NCBI GenBank assembly: GCA_040880105.1
Contig: JBBDJA010000001.1
Location: forward strand, 96,001 to 160,000
Direction: 5' to 3'
From: Waddliaceae bacterium
GTDB taxonomy: Bacteria > Chlamydiota > Chlamydiia > Chlamydiales > SLOH01
Length of the DNA stretch: 64,000 bases
Below, in pieces: positions 37,583 to 47,084 of this stretch. The translations under genes were made by a program, and so were the position numbers. The notes beneath the pieces were generated by a model. It was not told where the DNA came from. It did not search any database and saw nothing but the letters and a program-made list of their open reading frames with translations. Every line of letters begins with the position of its first letter. Position 1 is the stretch's first letter.

Positions 37583-38507
37583 CTCTCTTAATGGCTCCTT
37601 TCGCATTGTCTTGTAGTCCTCTTACGCCTCTGCGCTGTAAAGGTGTACCATATAAGAGTTCGGGATTTTCCTCAAGAATCTTAAGATCTTCAAGATTTAA
37701 ATATGGGCCCATTCCGCGAGTGGGCGCAAAATCTTTAGCATCCGTCTCTATTTTTCGAAAATTATGTGGGCATACGTCCTGGCAAACATCACATCCGAAT
37801 AGGTAGCCGGGATTTTTTTTATGGATGTCATCAGAGAGCTCTTCCTTAGATTCAATCAGATGATTGGAAAGGCAGCGACTGGCATCTAATCGATACGGTT
37901 CAATGAAGGCTTGTGTCGGGCAGGCGTCCAAACACCTCGTGCAAGAGCCACACCTCGGGAGACGAAGCGATGTAACAGAAAATGGGAAGGAAAGCGTGGT
38001 TAAGACACCGGAAAGAAGGGTAAATGTTCCAAACTTTCGATGGATAAGAAGAGTGTTTTTTCCAAACCAACCAAGGCCGGACTGGACAGCAAGCGCCTTT
38101 TCTAAAATAGGTGTGGAGTCAGAAAAACCTTTCGCAATTCCAGTCTCTCCGGCTTTTGTTTCAAGCCAATGAATAAATTTTTTTAGGCGTTTTCTATGGA
38201 CATTATGATAGTCACGGCCCCTGGCATATGAAGCAATAAGGCCGGCATCTTTTTTAAAGGGAAGTTTTGGCTGCTTGTAATAGCTTACAAACATGATGGC
38301 ACTTTTTGCACCTGGTAGAATTTCATTAGGATCACAGCGCACTTGATTCTCCAAATAGGAGAGTTTACCTTGATATCCCTTAGAGAGCCAGGAGAGGTAG
38401 GCAGCTTTATCTTCATCAGGGATGGTAGCTTGGGTAACCCCTACATCATCAAAACCGAGGTGAAGAGCGGCTTGCTTAAGTTCGCTTAAGTTGATTTTTT
38501 CTTCCAT
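37563..38507 (-). CDS. queG: tRNA epoxyqueuosine(34) reductase
   Basis: YARGRDYH, DSTPILEK, GLGWFGKN, CGSCTRCLDACPT, GCDVCQDVCPHN. Confidence 0.93.
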   Translation of the reverse strand: MEEKINLSELKQAALHLGFDDVGVTQATIPDEDKAAYLSWLSKGYQGKLSYLENQVRCDPNEILPGAKSAIMFVSYYKQPKLPFKKDAGLIASYARGRDYHNVHRKRLKKFIHWLETKAGETGIAKGFSDSTPILEKALAVQSGLGWFGKNTLLIHRKFGTFTLLSGVLTTLSFPFSVTSLRLPRCGSCTRCLDACPTQAFIEPYRLDASRCLSNHLIESKEELSDDIHKKNPGYLFGCDVCQDVCPHNFRKIETDAKDFAPTRGMGPYLNLEDLKILEENPELLYGTPLQRRGVRGLQDNAKGAIKRDAAKGQ

Positions 38508-39427
38508 CCCTTCGCTGAAAATAGCTTACTGAACATATCAACAACAGTCGTGCGGTTGCGGCCACTAATTTCGCCTGCCATGCCATATGAGACTTCATGA
38601 AGATTTTCAATGGCAATAAATGCCATGGGGTCTTCTCTGAAAATGAGCTCTTTAAGTTCAGAAAGTTGCAGACGCTCGGCAATCACATAGAGGATTTCCC
38701 TCTCATCACCGGAATAGCCGCCTCTGCCATACATGACAGTTAAACCAAGCCCGATTTCATGAATAATTGCGGCGGTAATTTCTTTAGATTTTGGTGAAAT
38801 AATTAATACGGATTTTGTCTCCTCCAGACCGACAATCACCGAGTCCATCACTCTTGTTGCGACCATAAACGCGATGAGGGAGAGGATAGGGGGGTGCCAG
38901 TCATTAAAGACGAGTCCAGCTGCCGCAAAAATAAAGATGTTACAGAAAAGAACGACCTGTCCGACAGATATTCCTAAGCGACGATTGATAATAATACCTA
39001 AGATTTCCGTGCCGTCAATACAGCCTCCATAACGGATGATGAGGCCTACACCGATACCAAGAATTGCCCCGCCGATTACAACGACTTCAAGGGGATCTCC
39101 GGTGAACTCCATGTGGGAATAACGTTGCAAGAGATAGATCCCAATATCAAATACGAGTACAGCAAAGATCATGTGTAAAATGAAAATCTTTCCGATCTGC
39201 TTGTATGCGAAATAGAGAAAAGGAATTGTTAATCCAAGCATGATGAAGGGGAGTAAGTTCTTTCCAAACACGTGTGCGAGCATCATTGAGATACCAATAA
39301 TACCACCGTCAATGAGCCTGTTTGGAAGGAAAAAGACTTCAATAGCAAAAGCGGCAAGTAATGCCCCTACAGCTATCCACAAGTAGAGATAAATTTGATG
39401 TGAGACTGTTTTTGTTGTAAGAGGCAT
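38486..39427 (-). CDS. YitT family membrane protein
   Basis: LIDGGIIGIS, GGCIDGTEI, GRGGYSG, EDPMAFI. Start moved to ATG 39427. Confidence 0.9.
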   Translation of the reverse strand: MPLTTKTVSHQIYLYLWIAVGALLAAFAIEVFFLPNRLIDGGIIGISMMLAHVFGKNLLPFIMLGLTIPFLYFAYKQIGKIFILHMIFAVLVFDIGIYLLQRYSHMEFTGDPLEVVVIGGAILGIGVGLIIRYGGCIDGTEILGIIINRRLGISVGQVVLFCNIFIFAAAGLVFNDWHPPILSLIAFMVATRVMDSVIVGLEETKSVLIISPKSKEITAAIIHEIGLGLTVMYGRGGYSGDEREILYVIAERLQLSELKELIFREDPMAFIAIENLHEVSYGMAGEISGRNRTTVVDMFSKLFSAKGWKKKST

Positions 39428-39519
39428 GATATTCAATGTTTTATGATCGGTTTGCAGTATACAGAAAACAGGGAATCTTTGCAACACACTACTGTTCTTA
39501 TTTTTTTTGCATCTTCATC

Positions 39520-39548
39520 TTGCGATAAATTCGATTCTAGGTTACAGT
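39520..39548 (+). promoter_or_regulatory. Probable promoter of the tRNA-Val/tRNA-Asp pair
   Basis: TTGCGA, 17 nt, TACAGT, 13 nt before the tRNA. Confidence 0.5.
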
Positions 39549-39561
39549 ATTCATCGTTATC

Positions 39562-39636
39562 GGGCGTATAGCTCAGTGGTAGAGCACCTGTCTTACAAAC
39601 AGGCGGTCATAGGTTCAAATCCTTTTGCGCCCACCA
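39562..39636 (+). tRNA. tRNA-Val (TAC)
   Basis: Acceptor GGGCGTA/TGCGCCC, D arm GCTC/GAGC, anticodon arm CCTGT-CTTACAA-ACAGG, TTCAAAT loop, encoded CCA. Confidence 0.96.
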
Positions 39637-39639
39637 AAT

Positions 39640-39713
39640 GCGAGAGTAGTTCAACTGGTTAGAGCACCGCCCTGTCACGGCGGAAGTTGCGGGTTCGAGT
39701 CCCGTCTCTCGCG
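39640..39713 (+). tRNA. tRNA-Asp (GTC)
   Basis: Acceptor GCGAGAG/CTCTCGC, anticodon arm CCGCC-CTGTCAC-GGCGG, TTCGAGT loop, G discriminator, no encoded CCA. Confidence 0.96.
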
Positions 39714-39855
39714 ATTCCCTTACAAACACTTCCCAAATATTACACCAAAGAAGACCTAGGTTTCATTTAAATCCAATTCATTGAATTGGCAATGCGATAC
39801 GTCATATTGAGTCTAACCTGTATCTCCGAAACATTAAGTTGTAATCTTAGAGAAT

Positions 39856-40683
39856 CTAGAGTCTAGCTTTGAGTGGTGTAGTTAATTTTGAATTAAGAGA
39901 ATTCTCAAACGCCTCTCGCTTTGCAGACATGTGAGAGATGTCGGTCAGCTCACTGACATGGAGAGGAACTGCTGTGACGTAGCCTTTCTGGAGCCACTTG
40001 ATATCGCAATCTTCTTGTTCTATAAATTGACCGCGCTTGAGTCCAAGCCAATAGTACGGGCTGTTTTGGACAGGATGATGTCGGATGTCGGGATTTTCAA
40101 GAAAGTATTCTTTACCTTGGTGCGTCATTTTGAAGCCTTGAATTTTCCCATATCCCTCTTGTGACTCGGTTCCCGGAAAATTAACATTTAGCAGGGTCCC
40201 ATTCGGTAGGGGATGGGAAAGCGTGTGCTCAATGATTGTGGGAATATATTGCAATGCTTCATCGTACTTTGGTGTATGCATATTGTATGTTGAAAAGGCA
40301 ATGCTTGGAATCCCTCGAAGGGCGCCTTCAATCGCACATCCAACAGTCCCGCTATACAGGATATTCCGGCCGGCATTAGAGCCGCGGTTAATTCCGGAAA
40401 TAATCAGATCAGGGGGCGATGTGAGTAGGACGCTAAGTGCAAGTTTGACAGAGTCTGCAGGTGTGCCGTTGACACACCAGGCGGGAGTTGAACGATCCCA
40501 GGCAACTTCATACACTTTCAATGGGCGATGAATGGTAAGCGATAAACTTGTACCTGACTGGTCCTTTTGTGGAGCTACAATGGTGATATTCGCAAAGTCT
40601 TTGAGTGCCAGATAGAGCTGCTTAATGCCTTCTGCCTCAATCCCGTCATCGTTGGTGATAAGAATATTTGGTTGTCTACTCAT
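39856..40683 (-). CDS. surE: 5'/3'-nucleotidase SurE
   Basis: ILITNDDGI, VAPQKDQSG, GTPADSV, SGINRGSN, YSGTVG, LNVNFP. Confidence 0.96.
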   Translation of the reverse strand: MSRQPNILITNDDGIEAEGIKQLYLALKDFANITIVAPQKDQSGTSLSLTIHRPLKVYEVAWDRSTPAWCVNGTPADSVKLALSVLLTSPPDLIISGINRGSNAGRNILYSGTVGCAIEGALRGIPSIAFSTYNMHTPKYDEALQYIPTIIEHTLSHPLPNGTLLNVNFPGTESQEGYGKIQGFKMTHQGKEYFLENPDIRHHPVQNSPYYWLGLKRGQFIEQEDCDIKWLQKGYVTAVPLHVSELTDISHMSAKREAFENSLNSKLTTPLKARL

Positions 40684-40791
40684 AATTTATACAATCTTTA
40701 TAAACTTATTGTACTCTTCGTGTCAAGTTCCTTTTTATATTGCAAATTAATTAAAAAAAGTATTATAATAGCTTTGTAAAAGTAAAAAATT

Positions 40792-41487
40792 ATGTCTAAA
40801 TTAAACAATAATCACGATCAATTTACTACCTCTCCGGAGATTTTTCATCATGAGGTGGAAGTAAAAAAACCGACTAATACTTTAAAGGATTTCTTTCATA
40901 AGTTTCTGAAAAAAGACGAGGAGAACAGTCAAACGAAATTGCAGGGGAGAATTACTCTGCTCCAAGAAGATGCCAATTCTTTAGAACTGAAATTAAGAAA
41001 CATTGAAGAGAGCTTAAAGTCCAAAGTAGATCATGAGACGTATGAAATGATTATCCATGTGACTAAGCCTCTACATAAAGAAATTGCAAGAATTCATGAA
41101 AGTAACACCTCGGATGTGAAGGCCACACGCTATGAGAAATGGGGGGCTAACGCTTTATATTGGGTAAAGCTATGCGAGCATGCCAATTGCGAAAAAAGTG
41201 TAACTGAAGCGGTTGTGAAATTTATTGTCAATCGCGCCTTTGAAAAGGTTGAAAAAGATATTCGAGTCATTGAAGATTACCTTCGACACAGAGTGCTCGA
41301 TAAAAATCTGCCGGAATTTCCTCTAGAACTGAATCAAACACTTGAAACTCATATCCAAGCCTTGCGTCAGTTAGAAGAGATTGAAAATCCAACAATTGAA
41401 TCAATTCAAAAATGGGTCGAAACTGTGGATAAGAAGCGTGCATTGCACTTTGAGTCAGCCCTTCAAACAATCGACCGCTCGTTTTAA
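40792..41487 (+). CDS. Hypothetical helical/coiled-coil protein
   Basis: 231-aa ORF divergent from surE with TTGCAA..TATAAT upstream; no recognised motif. Confidence 0.75.
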   Translation: MSKLNNNHDQFTTSPEIFHHEVEVKKPTNTLKDFFHKFLKKDEENSQTKLQGRITLLQEDANSLELKLRNIEESLKSKVDHETYEMIIHVTKPLHKEIARIHESNTSDVKATRYEKWGANALYWVKLCEHANCEKSVTEAVVKFIVNRAFEKVEKDIRVIEDYLRHRVLDKNLPEFPLELNQTLETHIQALRQLEEIENPTIESIQKWVETVDKKRALHFESALQTIDRSF

Positions 41488-41490
41488 CGA

Positions 41491-43254
41491 TCAGAAAATA
41501 TATTCATCAGCAAAATTCCGACGATCGCGTCCATCGAGAATGTGAAATTGTCGCATTCTTTGCAAAATAACGACAGAAAGTTGACCAATTGGAATATACA
41601 AAACTTTTTTCCCGTGCCGAGAGGCTAATGATTTTAATAATCGTCTAGGAGGCTCTTTAGCAACGTAGACAATTAGAGATTTTTGAGAATACTGTATACC
41701 CGCTAGTAGTAGAACTTCTGCTTTGGACCTAAGTCCTCTATAGTCCGGATCATTCCAAATGTCATACAGTCGTCTTGGCGGATAGGAGAGTAAAAACCCA
41801 CCATATTGACATCTGCATATACCGGGACCGATAACCTCTTTTCCAATAGGTGTTGAATAGAATGCCATATCAGACTCTTGGTCATGCTCGCCATGCCATG
41901 TCAATCTTAGAGGGAACTTCTCTTCTATATCTTCATCAAAGATCACGATGATCGACCCAACAGCGCCCGGGGGTTTCCCGTGCACCTTGACATACAGCTT
42001 TTTCTCGTGCCAGTGTCGAATGGTTTCTTTTGTATCAATCCCATCCTCTAGAGAGGCAGAAAATGGCTGCGTTCTACAAAACTCATCGAGTATGATTTTT
42101 TGGCCTTTTTTTTGAAGGAATTTTCCAAACTCTTCAATTACTAAATCTTCAGGGGGATAGGAGCATAAAGAGAACATTCCGGATGAGTGCCGAAAATGTT
42201 TAGGTCGCTCTTTTGATCGTGTGTGATATGAAAGGCCTTTGGTCCTCTGTTCTTTTAGATGAAATTGAATCATTTTACTATCGCCCCAAAGCTGTTCAGG
42301 AGACAGATCTAACTCGTCCAAGTTGTCAATATTTTTAAGGTGCGGATAGTGAGTGAGGAGTTTCCACACTTCAAAGGCGTAATTATGATCCACACATGCT
42401 TTAGCTACTGTCAAAAGTTGAAAGATATTAGGCATCAGTCTGTTTGAAATTAAGGAGTAATTTCTTGCAAACTTCATGAGGTTTCCAAGATGATAGTTAG
42501 GAAAGGAGAGTTTAGTCTCTTGAATGTAGCTTTCAGACGCCTTTTTATACAGTTTCATTAAAAGCTTTTGTCTATCGGGGATTTCACTGATTGGATGCTC
42601 TCGCCACTTCTCATAGTTAAGGGAAAAATAGCCCGGCTCGCCCATCCCATCTTTTGCCGATTCTTCTGTTAAGGTCGCTATGTAGAGGTTTTTTGGTTCT
42701 TTCTCTTGAATGTGTGGAAACTGACTGTTTTTTATCAGACTTAAAAGACGAGAGACATGGACAATGCCGCCAACAAAAAGGACGCGTCCATGCCTTAAAG
42801 AGAGTTCCTTAAGCCTTTTTGCCATTATTTGTTCACGATGTGTATCTGATTGACCGGGCATTGGAATATGCTCTTTAACAAGTTTCCAATAGCTCTCAAG
42901 ACCCACTCTTGTAATCGCATATGGATCCGGGAGACGATCATTTTGATCCGGATACGCAGGGTCATATAAGTCAATACAGTAAGCGGGCACATTCATTTCA
43001 AGAGAAGAGCGTAGCGCCTCAAAACTTGCGTCGCACGGCTCACATAAGAGGTACGTCTCATCTGAAACAATCACGCTTATATCCGGTAATCTTGAGGCTG
43101 CATGCAGACAGACATCTTGAAATGACTTGGGAAGTTCTACAGCGACGCAGTCGGGGCGAATCTCATCAAAGGCAAGTTTTACGCAAGCTGCAAACTCCAT
43201 ATTGTTATGGACTACGGGTACAGCAAAGATCTCACCCTCTTGAAGATAGTTCAT
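41491..43254 (-). CDS. Hypothetical protein with N-terminal TraB/TIKI/ChaN-like domain; MoxR ATPase partner
   Basis: PVVH, RPDCVAVELP, REQIMAKRL and VLFVGGIVH match the superfamily H/E/R/H pattern; ATGA overlap with the ATPase gene. Confidence 0.7.
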   Translation of the reverse strand: MNYLQEGEIFAVPVVHNNMEFAACVKLAFDEIRPDCVAVELPKSFQDVCLHAASRLPDISVIVSDETYLLCEPCDASFEALRSSLEMNVPAYCIDLYDPAYPDQNDRLPDPYAITRVGLESYWKLVKEHIPMPGQSDTHREQIMAKRLKELSLRHGRVLFVGGIVHVSRLLSLIKNSQFPHIQEKEPKNLYIATLTEESAKDGMGEPGYFSLNYEKWREHPISEIPDRQKLLMKLYKKASESYIQETKLSFPNYHLGNLMKFARNYSLISNRLMPNIFQLLTVAKACVDHNYAFEVWKLLTHYPHLKNIDNLDELDLSPEQLWGDSKMIQFHLKEQRTKGLSYHTRSKERPKHFRHSSGMFSLCSYPPEDLVIEEFGKFLQKKGQKIILDEFCRTQPFSASLEDGIDTKETIRHWHEKKLYVKVHGKPPGAVGSIIVIFDEDIEEKFPLRLTWHGEHDQESDMAFYSTPIGKEVIGPGICRCQYGGFLLSYPPRRLYDIWNDPDYRGLRSKAEVLLLAGIQYSQKSLIVYVAKEPPRRLLKSLASRHGKKVLYIPIGQLSVVILQRMRQFHILDGRDRRNFADEYIF

Positions 43255-44093
43255 TGGGCGTAAACGATAGCCTCATCACCGAGCGTCATGATAATGGACT
43301 GTCTAATAAGAGGTTCGACATTTTCGGGACTTGCCTGCAGGCTCGCAATGCGCTTAAGGGCATATCTTCCGATATTAATCCCATCGCGTACTGTGTAATT
43401 TTCCCCGTTGGCATGCGATTTCTGTAAAAAATTGACAATATAGTCCATAATTTCATCAGGTGCAAACGGAAGATTTTCTTTCAATATCCGTCTCTCTTCT
43501 TCAGCCTCCGGAAAGTCTAGGTAGATTTGCGGCTGCAAACGACTATGAATATATTCCGGTATTTCATAGGTCGAAGCATCCTCATTCATGGTTACGCAAA
43601 TACGAAAATCGGGATGAGCCGATACTTTTAAGCCGGCAACGATCGACTCAATATAGCGTCTTGCATCTAATAGTGGAGCAAGTGAAGCCCAAGACTTTTC
43701 ACTCATCCGATTAGCCTCATCAAGAATGCAGACTCCTCCTTTAATCATTGCAGTCACAAGTGTAGATGCAACATAACGAATACCGCCAGACCCATCAACA
43801 ACGGGTGTAATCAGCAGGTCTTCGGGTCTTGTATCCATTGTGCATTGATAAATGTATACATCTTTATTCAGCCTTTTAGCTGCTGCGTATGCAAGAGTTG
43901 TTTTACCAACCCCGGGTTTTCCAACAAGTCTTGGATTTAGTGGAATGTCCTCTTTAGAGATGACAAGCCAAGCGGCGAGAAGCTGCTGCATTACATCTTC
44001 TTGTCCAATCCACTGAAAAGGAAATTCATCGGGGAAGCCAAGGGCGATATCTACACCTTGGATGGTTGTGTGGGTCTCATGTGCGTCCGGCAT
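43251..44093 (-). CDS. MoxR-like AAA+ ATPase
   Basis: Walker A GKPGVGKT, Walker B CILDEANR, HPDFRICVTMN sensor I, IHSRL arginine finger. Confidence 0.9.
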   Translation of the reverse strand: MPDAHETHTTIQGVDIALGFPDEFPFQWIGQEDVMQQLLAAWLVISKEDIPLNPRLVGKPGVGKTTLAYAAAKRLNKDVYIYQCTMDTRPEDLLITPVVDGSGGIRYVASTLVTAMIKGGVCILDEANRMSEKSWASLAPLLDARRYIESIVAGLKVSAHPDFRICVTMNEDASTYEIPEYIHSRLQPQIYLDFPEAEEERRILKENLPFAPDEIMDYIVNFLQKSHANGENYTVRDGINIGRYALKRIASLQASPENVEPLIRQSIIMTLGDEAIVYAQ

Positions 44094-44818
44094 TACAGTT
44101 TCCTTGCTTTTTCAGATCCATACTGTAGCACAGCCGAGGCAATATTTGCACGTGCATTAGGGTAAAGATCTTCAATAGATTCAATGAGTTGATCTGTCTT
44201 CTTCCGCATGGAATTGGCACCGACTGGGCATCTGCACATAATACGCAAAAACCCTTGAATTTTCGCAAACTCTTCAATCTCTCTTTCCGATATATAAATC
44301 AACGGGCGCAAAACAGTAACGCCGTAATCAACCATATGCAGTTTGGGGAGCTGTCCTGAAAACTCTCCTTTATGCAAAAGATTCATTAGGACCGTTTGAA
44401 TATTATCGTCTTTGTGATGCCCGAAAGCGATGTGCTCAGCCCCAACTTCTTTTGCTGCATCAAATAGGAGCTTTCTTCTTTCCCTTGAACAGCTGTAACA
44501 CTCAAGCGTTTCGAGCTTCTGATGAGAAGTCTTCTCAATGAAGTTAATTTCTAAGTCATCGCAGATTTTTTTTAGATACCCGCCTTGAATCCCCGCGCCG
44601 CAGCTAAAAGCGCCTGAGACGTGAATGGCGTGCAATTGCAAGTCCGGAAATCCTCTTCCCAAAATAGCTTTTAGCATTAATAAGAGGGTTAAACTGTCTT
44701 TTCCACCGCTAAAAGCAACAGCCACACTTTTGGCGTCCTCTAGCATTTGATAGTCAAAGAGTGATTTGCGCACCATGCTTTCTATGCGCTTTCCTAGTTT
44801 TGTCCAAGGAGGTTTCAT
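44093..44818 (-). CDS. ttcA: tRNA 2-thiocytidine biosynthesis protein, TtcA family
   Basis: PP-loop SGGKDS, CYSCSRERR, GHHKDD, VLRPL, CRCP. Confidence 0.88.
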   Translation of the reverse strand: MKPPWTKLGKRIESMVRKSLFDYQMLEDAKSVAVAFSGGKDSLTLLLMLKAILGRGFPDLQLHAIHVSGAFSCGAGIQGGYLKKICDDLEINFIEKTSHQKLETLECYSCSRERRKLLFDAAKEVGAEHIAFGHHKDDNIQTVLMNLLHKGEFSGQLPKLHMVDYGVTVLRPLIYISEREIEEFAKIQGFLRIMCRCPVGANSMRKKTDQLIESIEDLYPNARANIASAVLQYGSEKARKL

Positions 44819-44883
44819 GCTTTTAAATAAATTATAAGTTCAACTATAATAAAGTATTCAAGGATTAATCACTAGGATATCAA

Positions 44884-45171
44884 ATGGATAAAAAAGTAGG
44901 CAGAAATGACCCATGCCCTTGCGGTTCAGGAAAGAAATACAAGCAGTGCTGCTTAAAGAAGAAACTTCCGGGAGGCGGGCGTAAATTTTCAGCGAAAATA
45001 ATTAAATCCGGCGTTTCCCTACACAAGCAAGAGGTTGATCTTATGGAGCGCACCTTCGGGTCAGCCATTCAGGCTGCTGCTCAAGCCGCACCTTCATTAC
45101 CCTCTGAGGATAAAGACTCTGCAGTTGAGGATGCCTCTACAAACCTTGAGGAAGAAGAAAAGAAGCAATAA
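44884..45171 (+). CDS. Small SEC-C motif protein
   Basis: [20 protein letters not shown] at the N-terminus, acidic tail. Confidence 0.88.
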   Translation: MDKKVGRNDPCPCGSGKKYKQCCLKKKLPGGGRKFSAKIIKSGVSLHKQEVDLMERTFGSAIQAAAQAAPSLPSEDKDSAVEDASTNLEEEEKKQ

Positions 45172-45221
45172 ATCGCTTGTTCGTTATTCGGAAATCCTGT
45201 ATAAACTTATACATCAAAGCC

Positions 45222-45294
<73 letters not shown>

Positions 45295-45302
45295 ACCCTT
45301 AT

Positions 45303-45385
45303 GGGGGTGTCGCATAGTGGCCAATTGCAAGGGACTGTAACTCCCTCTCCGCAAGGATACGTTGGTTCGAATCCAACCACCCCCA
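45303..45385 (+). tRNA. tRNA-Tyr (GTA)
   Basis: Acceptor GGGGGTG/CACCCCC, anticodon arm AGGGA-CTGTAAC-TCCCT, long variable arm, TTCGAAT loop. Confidence 0.95.
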
Positions 45386-45500
45386 AATCCCTACCATTCT
45401 AGAAAAAAGACAGATTAGAAAAGCTGATCATCTATAAGTTCAGAGCAAGAAGTTAACTCTTTTTACTCGGTATGAAGAGTCCCTTCGCTTGCTTTTACTG

Positions 45501-45941
45501 CTAATTTTTTGTAATCGTTTTCGTGCCTTCAGATACTTGGCCAGTATGATACAACCATTTTCCATTAAGCTTTTCGAAACTACTTTTTTCTGTAAACGAG
45601 ATATCTTTATTATTTTGAGACAAATGTGCAACAAAGGTAACGGTCGCAAAGGGGTCTTTGTCTTGGAAATCGAGAATTTCAAGTTTGTTGAAATCAGTAT
45701 TTAAACAAAACTCGGAAATCTTTTGAGACCATTTCTTTGTATCATGGATAAAATCAGGGTTTTTAGGATGAGTTGTAGTTATAATATATTCTGGTAAGTT
45801 AAGTGCATAAGCAGAATATCTAGAACGCATAAGTTTAAGGGCAGTATCCGGCAACTCTCCTTGATGAAAAGGTTTACAACAGACTTTGTACACACTTCCT
45901 GTTCCGCAGGGGCAAGGCATCTCATCTTTCATATTAGCCAA
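45501..45941 (-). CDS. YchJ family SEC-C/NTF2-like protein
   Basis: PCPCGTG..CCKPFH, LMRSRYSAY, VTFVA, EKSSFEK..GKWLY. Confidence 0.9.
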   Translation of the reverse strand: MANMKDEMPCPCGTGSVYKVCCKPFHQGELPDTALKLMRSRYSAYALNLPEYIITTTHPKNPDFIHDTKKWSQKISEFCLNTDFNKLEILDFQDKDPFATVTFVAHLSQNNKDISFTEKSSFEKLNGKWLYHTGQVSEGTKTITKN

Positions 45942-46268
45942 CTCTCTTGTATTCAGTTTTTCTTAAAGGAATCTCTAAAAAACTCATATCGTACATATAG
46001 CCCCTTTTCCAGAAATTCGACAAAAACGCACTCACTAAACTATTTATCTAGTTAAGATCGGTTATTTCTTCGAATTATTGCAAAATTTAACAAAACCTGA
46101 GCTATTTAGAGGTTCATCAAGCTTACCTCAATTTTCTATATTTCTCAGGTCAAAGTTCTGAAATCGTATATTTGATACTCATAATAGTCTCTATTTCCTT
46201 TTTAATGACGAATTGAAGCTTAGAAATTTCAGATTGCCTGAAACCCGCGTCCATGCTAAATAAAAACT

Positions 46269-47084
46269 ATGGATAAGTATGAAGATCGTACCGAAATTGT
46301 TCTTGAGAACTTTGGTGAAAAAATTTTTGGGATTTTTCATCTGCCTATTGGCATCAAAAAGCCTCCTTGCGTCATGTTTTGTCATGGTCTAGCCGGTCAT
46401 AAAATCGGGGAGCACCGAGTCTATGTCTATTTAGCTGAGCTTCTTTCAAAAGTGGGGATCGCCTCGCTGCGAGTTGATTTTCGGGGATCCGGTGATTCAG
46501 AGGGGGAATTTTCTGAAATGACGTTAGAGGGAGAGGTGAGCGACGCTCTTGTGGCGCTTAACTTTTTAAGAGAATCTCCTTTGGTTGATCCTGAGCGTAT
46601 TGGAATCTATGGACGTTCGTTTGGAGCGGCTGTTGCCATCATAGCGGCAAAACGAATGGGAAATATTCGAAGTATGGCACTCTGGGCGCCCATTTTTGAC
46701 GGTCACCAATGGGAATTAGCGTGGGAAATGCAAGAATCAGGAGAGATGGACGCTGTAAAGCGTCGTCAATTAATGATGGTCAATGGTCAGCTTCCAAGCA
46801 TTGAATTTTATTCTGAAATTTTCACAATGAATCTAGGTGCGTATATTAAGGAACTTGCACATATTCCTCTTTTACTTATTCATGGAGAAAAGGATCCCGT
46901 TATCAGTATTGAACACTCAGAAAGATATGTAAAAGTTCGAAGTGAAGACCCTTCATCCAAAACTGAATTTATTACTATTCCGCATAGCGATCACGATTTT
47001 ACAAGCCCGGAAGAAAAGGAACTTGTACTCGAGTCAACAACTAAATGGTTTAAAGAGACATTAAATGCAGATGAAGTCCATTGA
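46269..47084 (+). CDS. Alpha/beta hydrolase
   Basis: HGLAG, DFRGSGDSEG, GRSFG nucleophile elbow, HGEKD, DHDF. Confidence 0.92.
   Translation: MDKYEDRTEIVLENFGEKIFGIFHLPIGIKKPPCVMFCHGLAGHKIGEHRVYVYLAELLSKVGIASLRVDFRGSGDSEGEFSEMTLEGEVSDALVALNFLRESPLVDPERIGIYGRSFGAAVAIIAAKRMGNIRSMALWAPIFDGHQWELAWEMQESGEMDAVKRRQLMMVNGQLPSIEFYSEIFTMNLGAYIKELAHIPLLLIHGEKDPVISIEHSERYVKVRSEDPSSKTEFITIPHSDHDFTSPEEKELVLESTTKWFKETLNADEVH

Noticed and set aside
39773..39789. Palindrome CCAATTCA-T-TGAATTGG after tRNA-Asp
   Set aside because: Short, no U-tract, not repeated; cannot be assigned as terminator or att site.
42921..43427. 168-aa plus-strand ORF and the many other 60-140 aa ORFs overlapping assigned genes
   Set aside because: Antisense or off-frame shadows of well-supported genes with no motifs or SD support.
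45386..46268. Integrative element at tRNA-Tyr
   Set aside because: No integrase, no duplicated tRNA 3' end and no terminal repeats were found.
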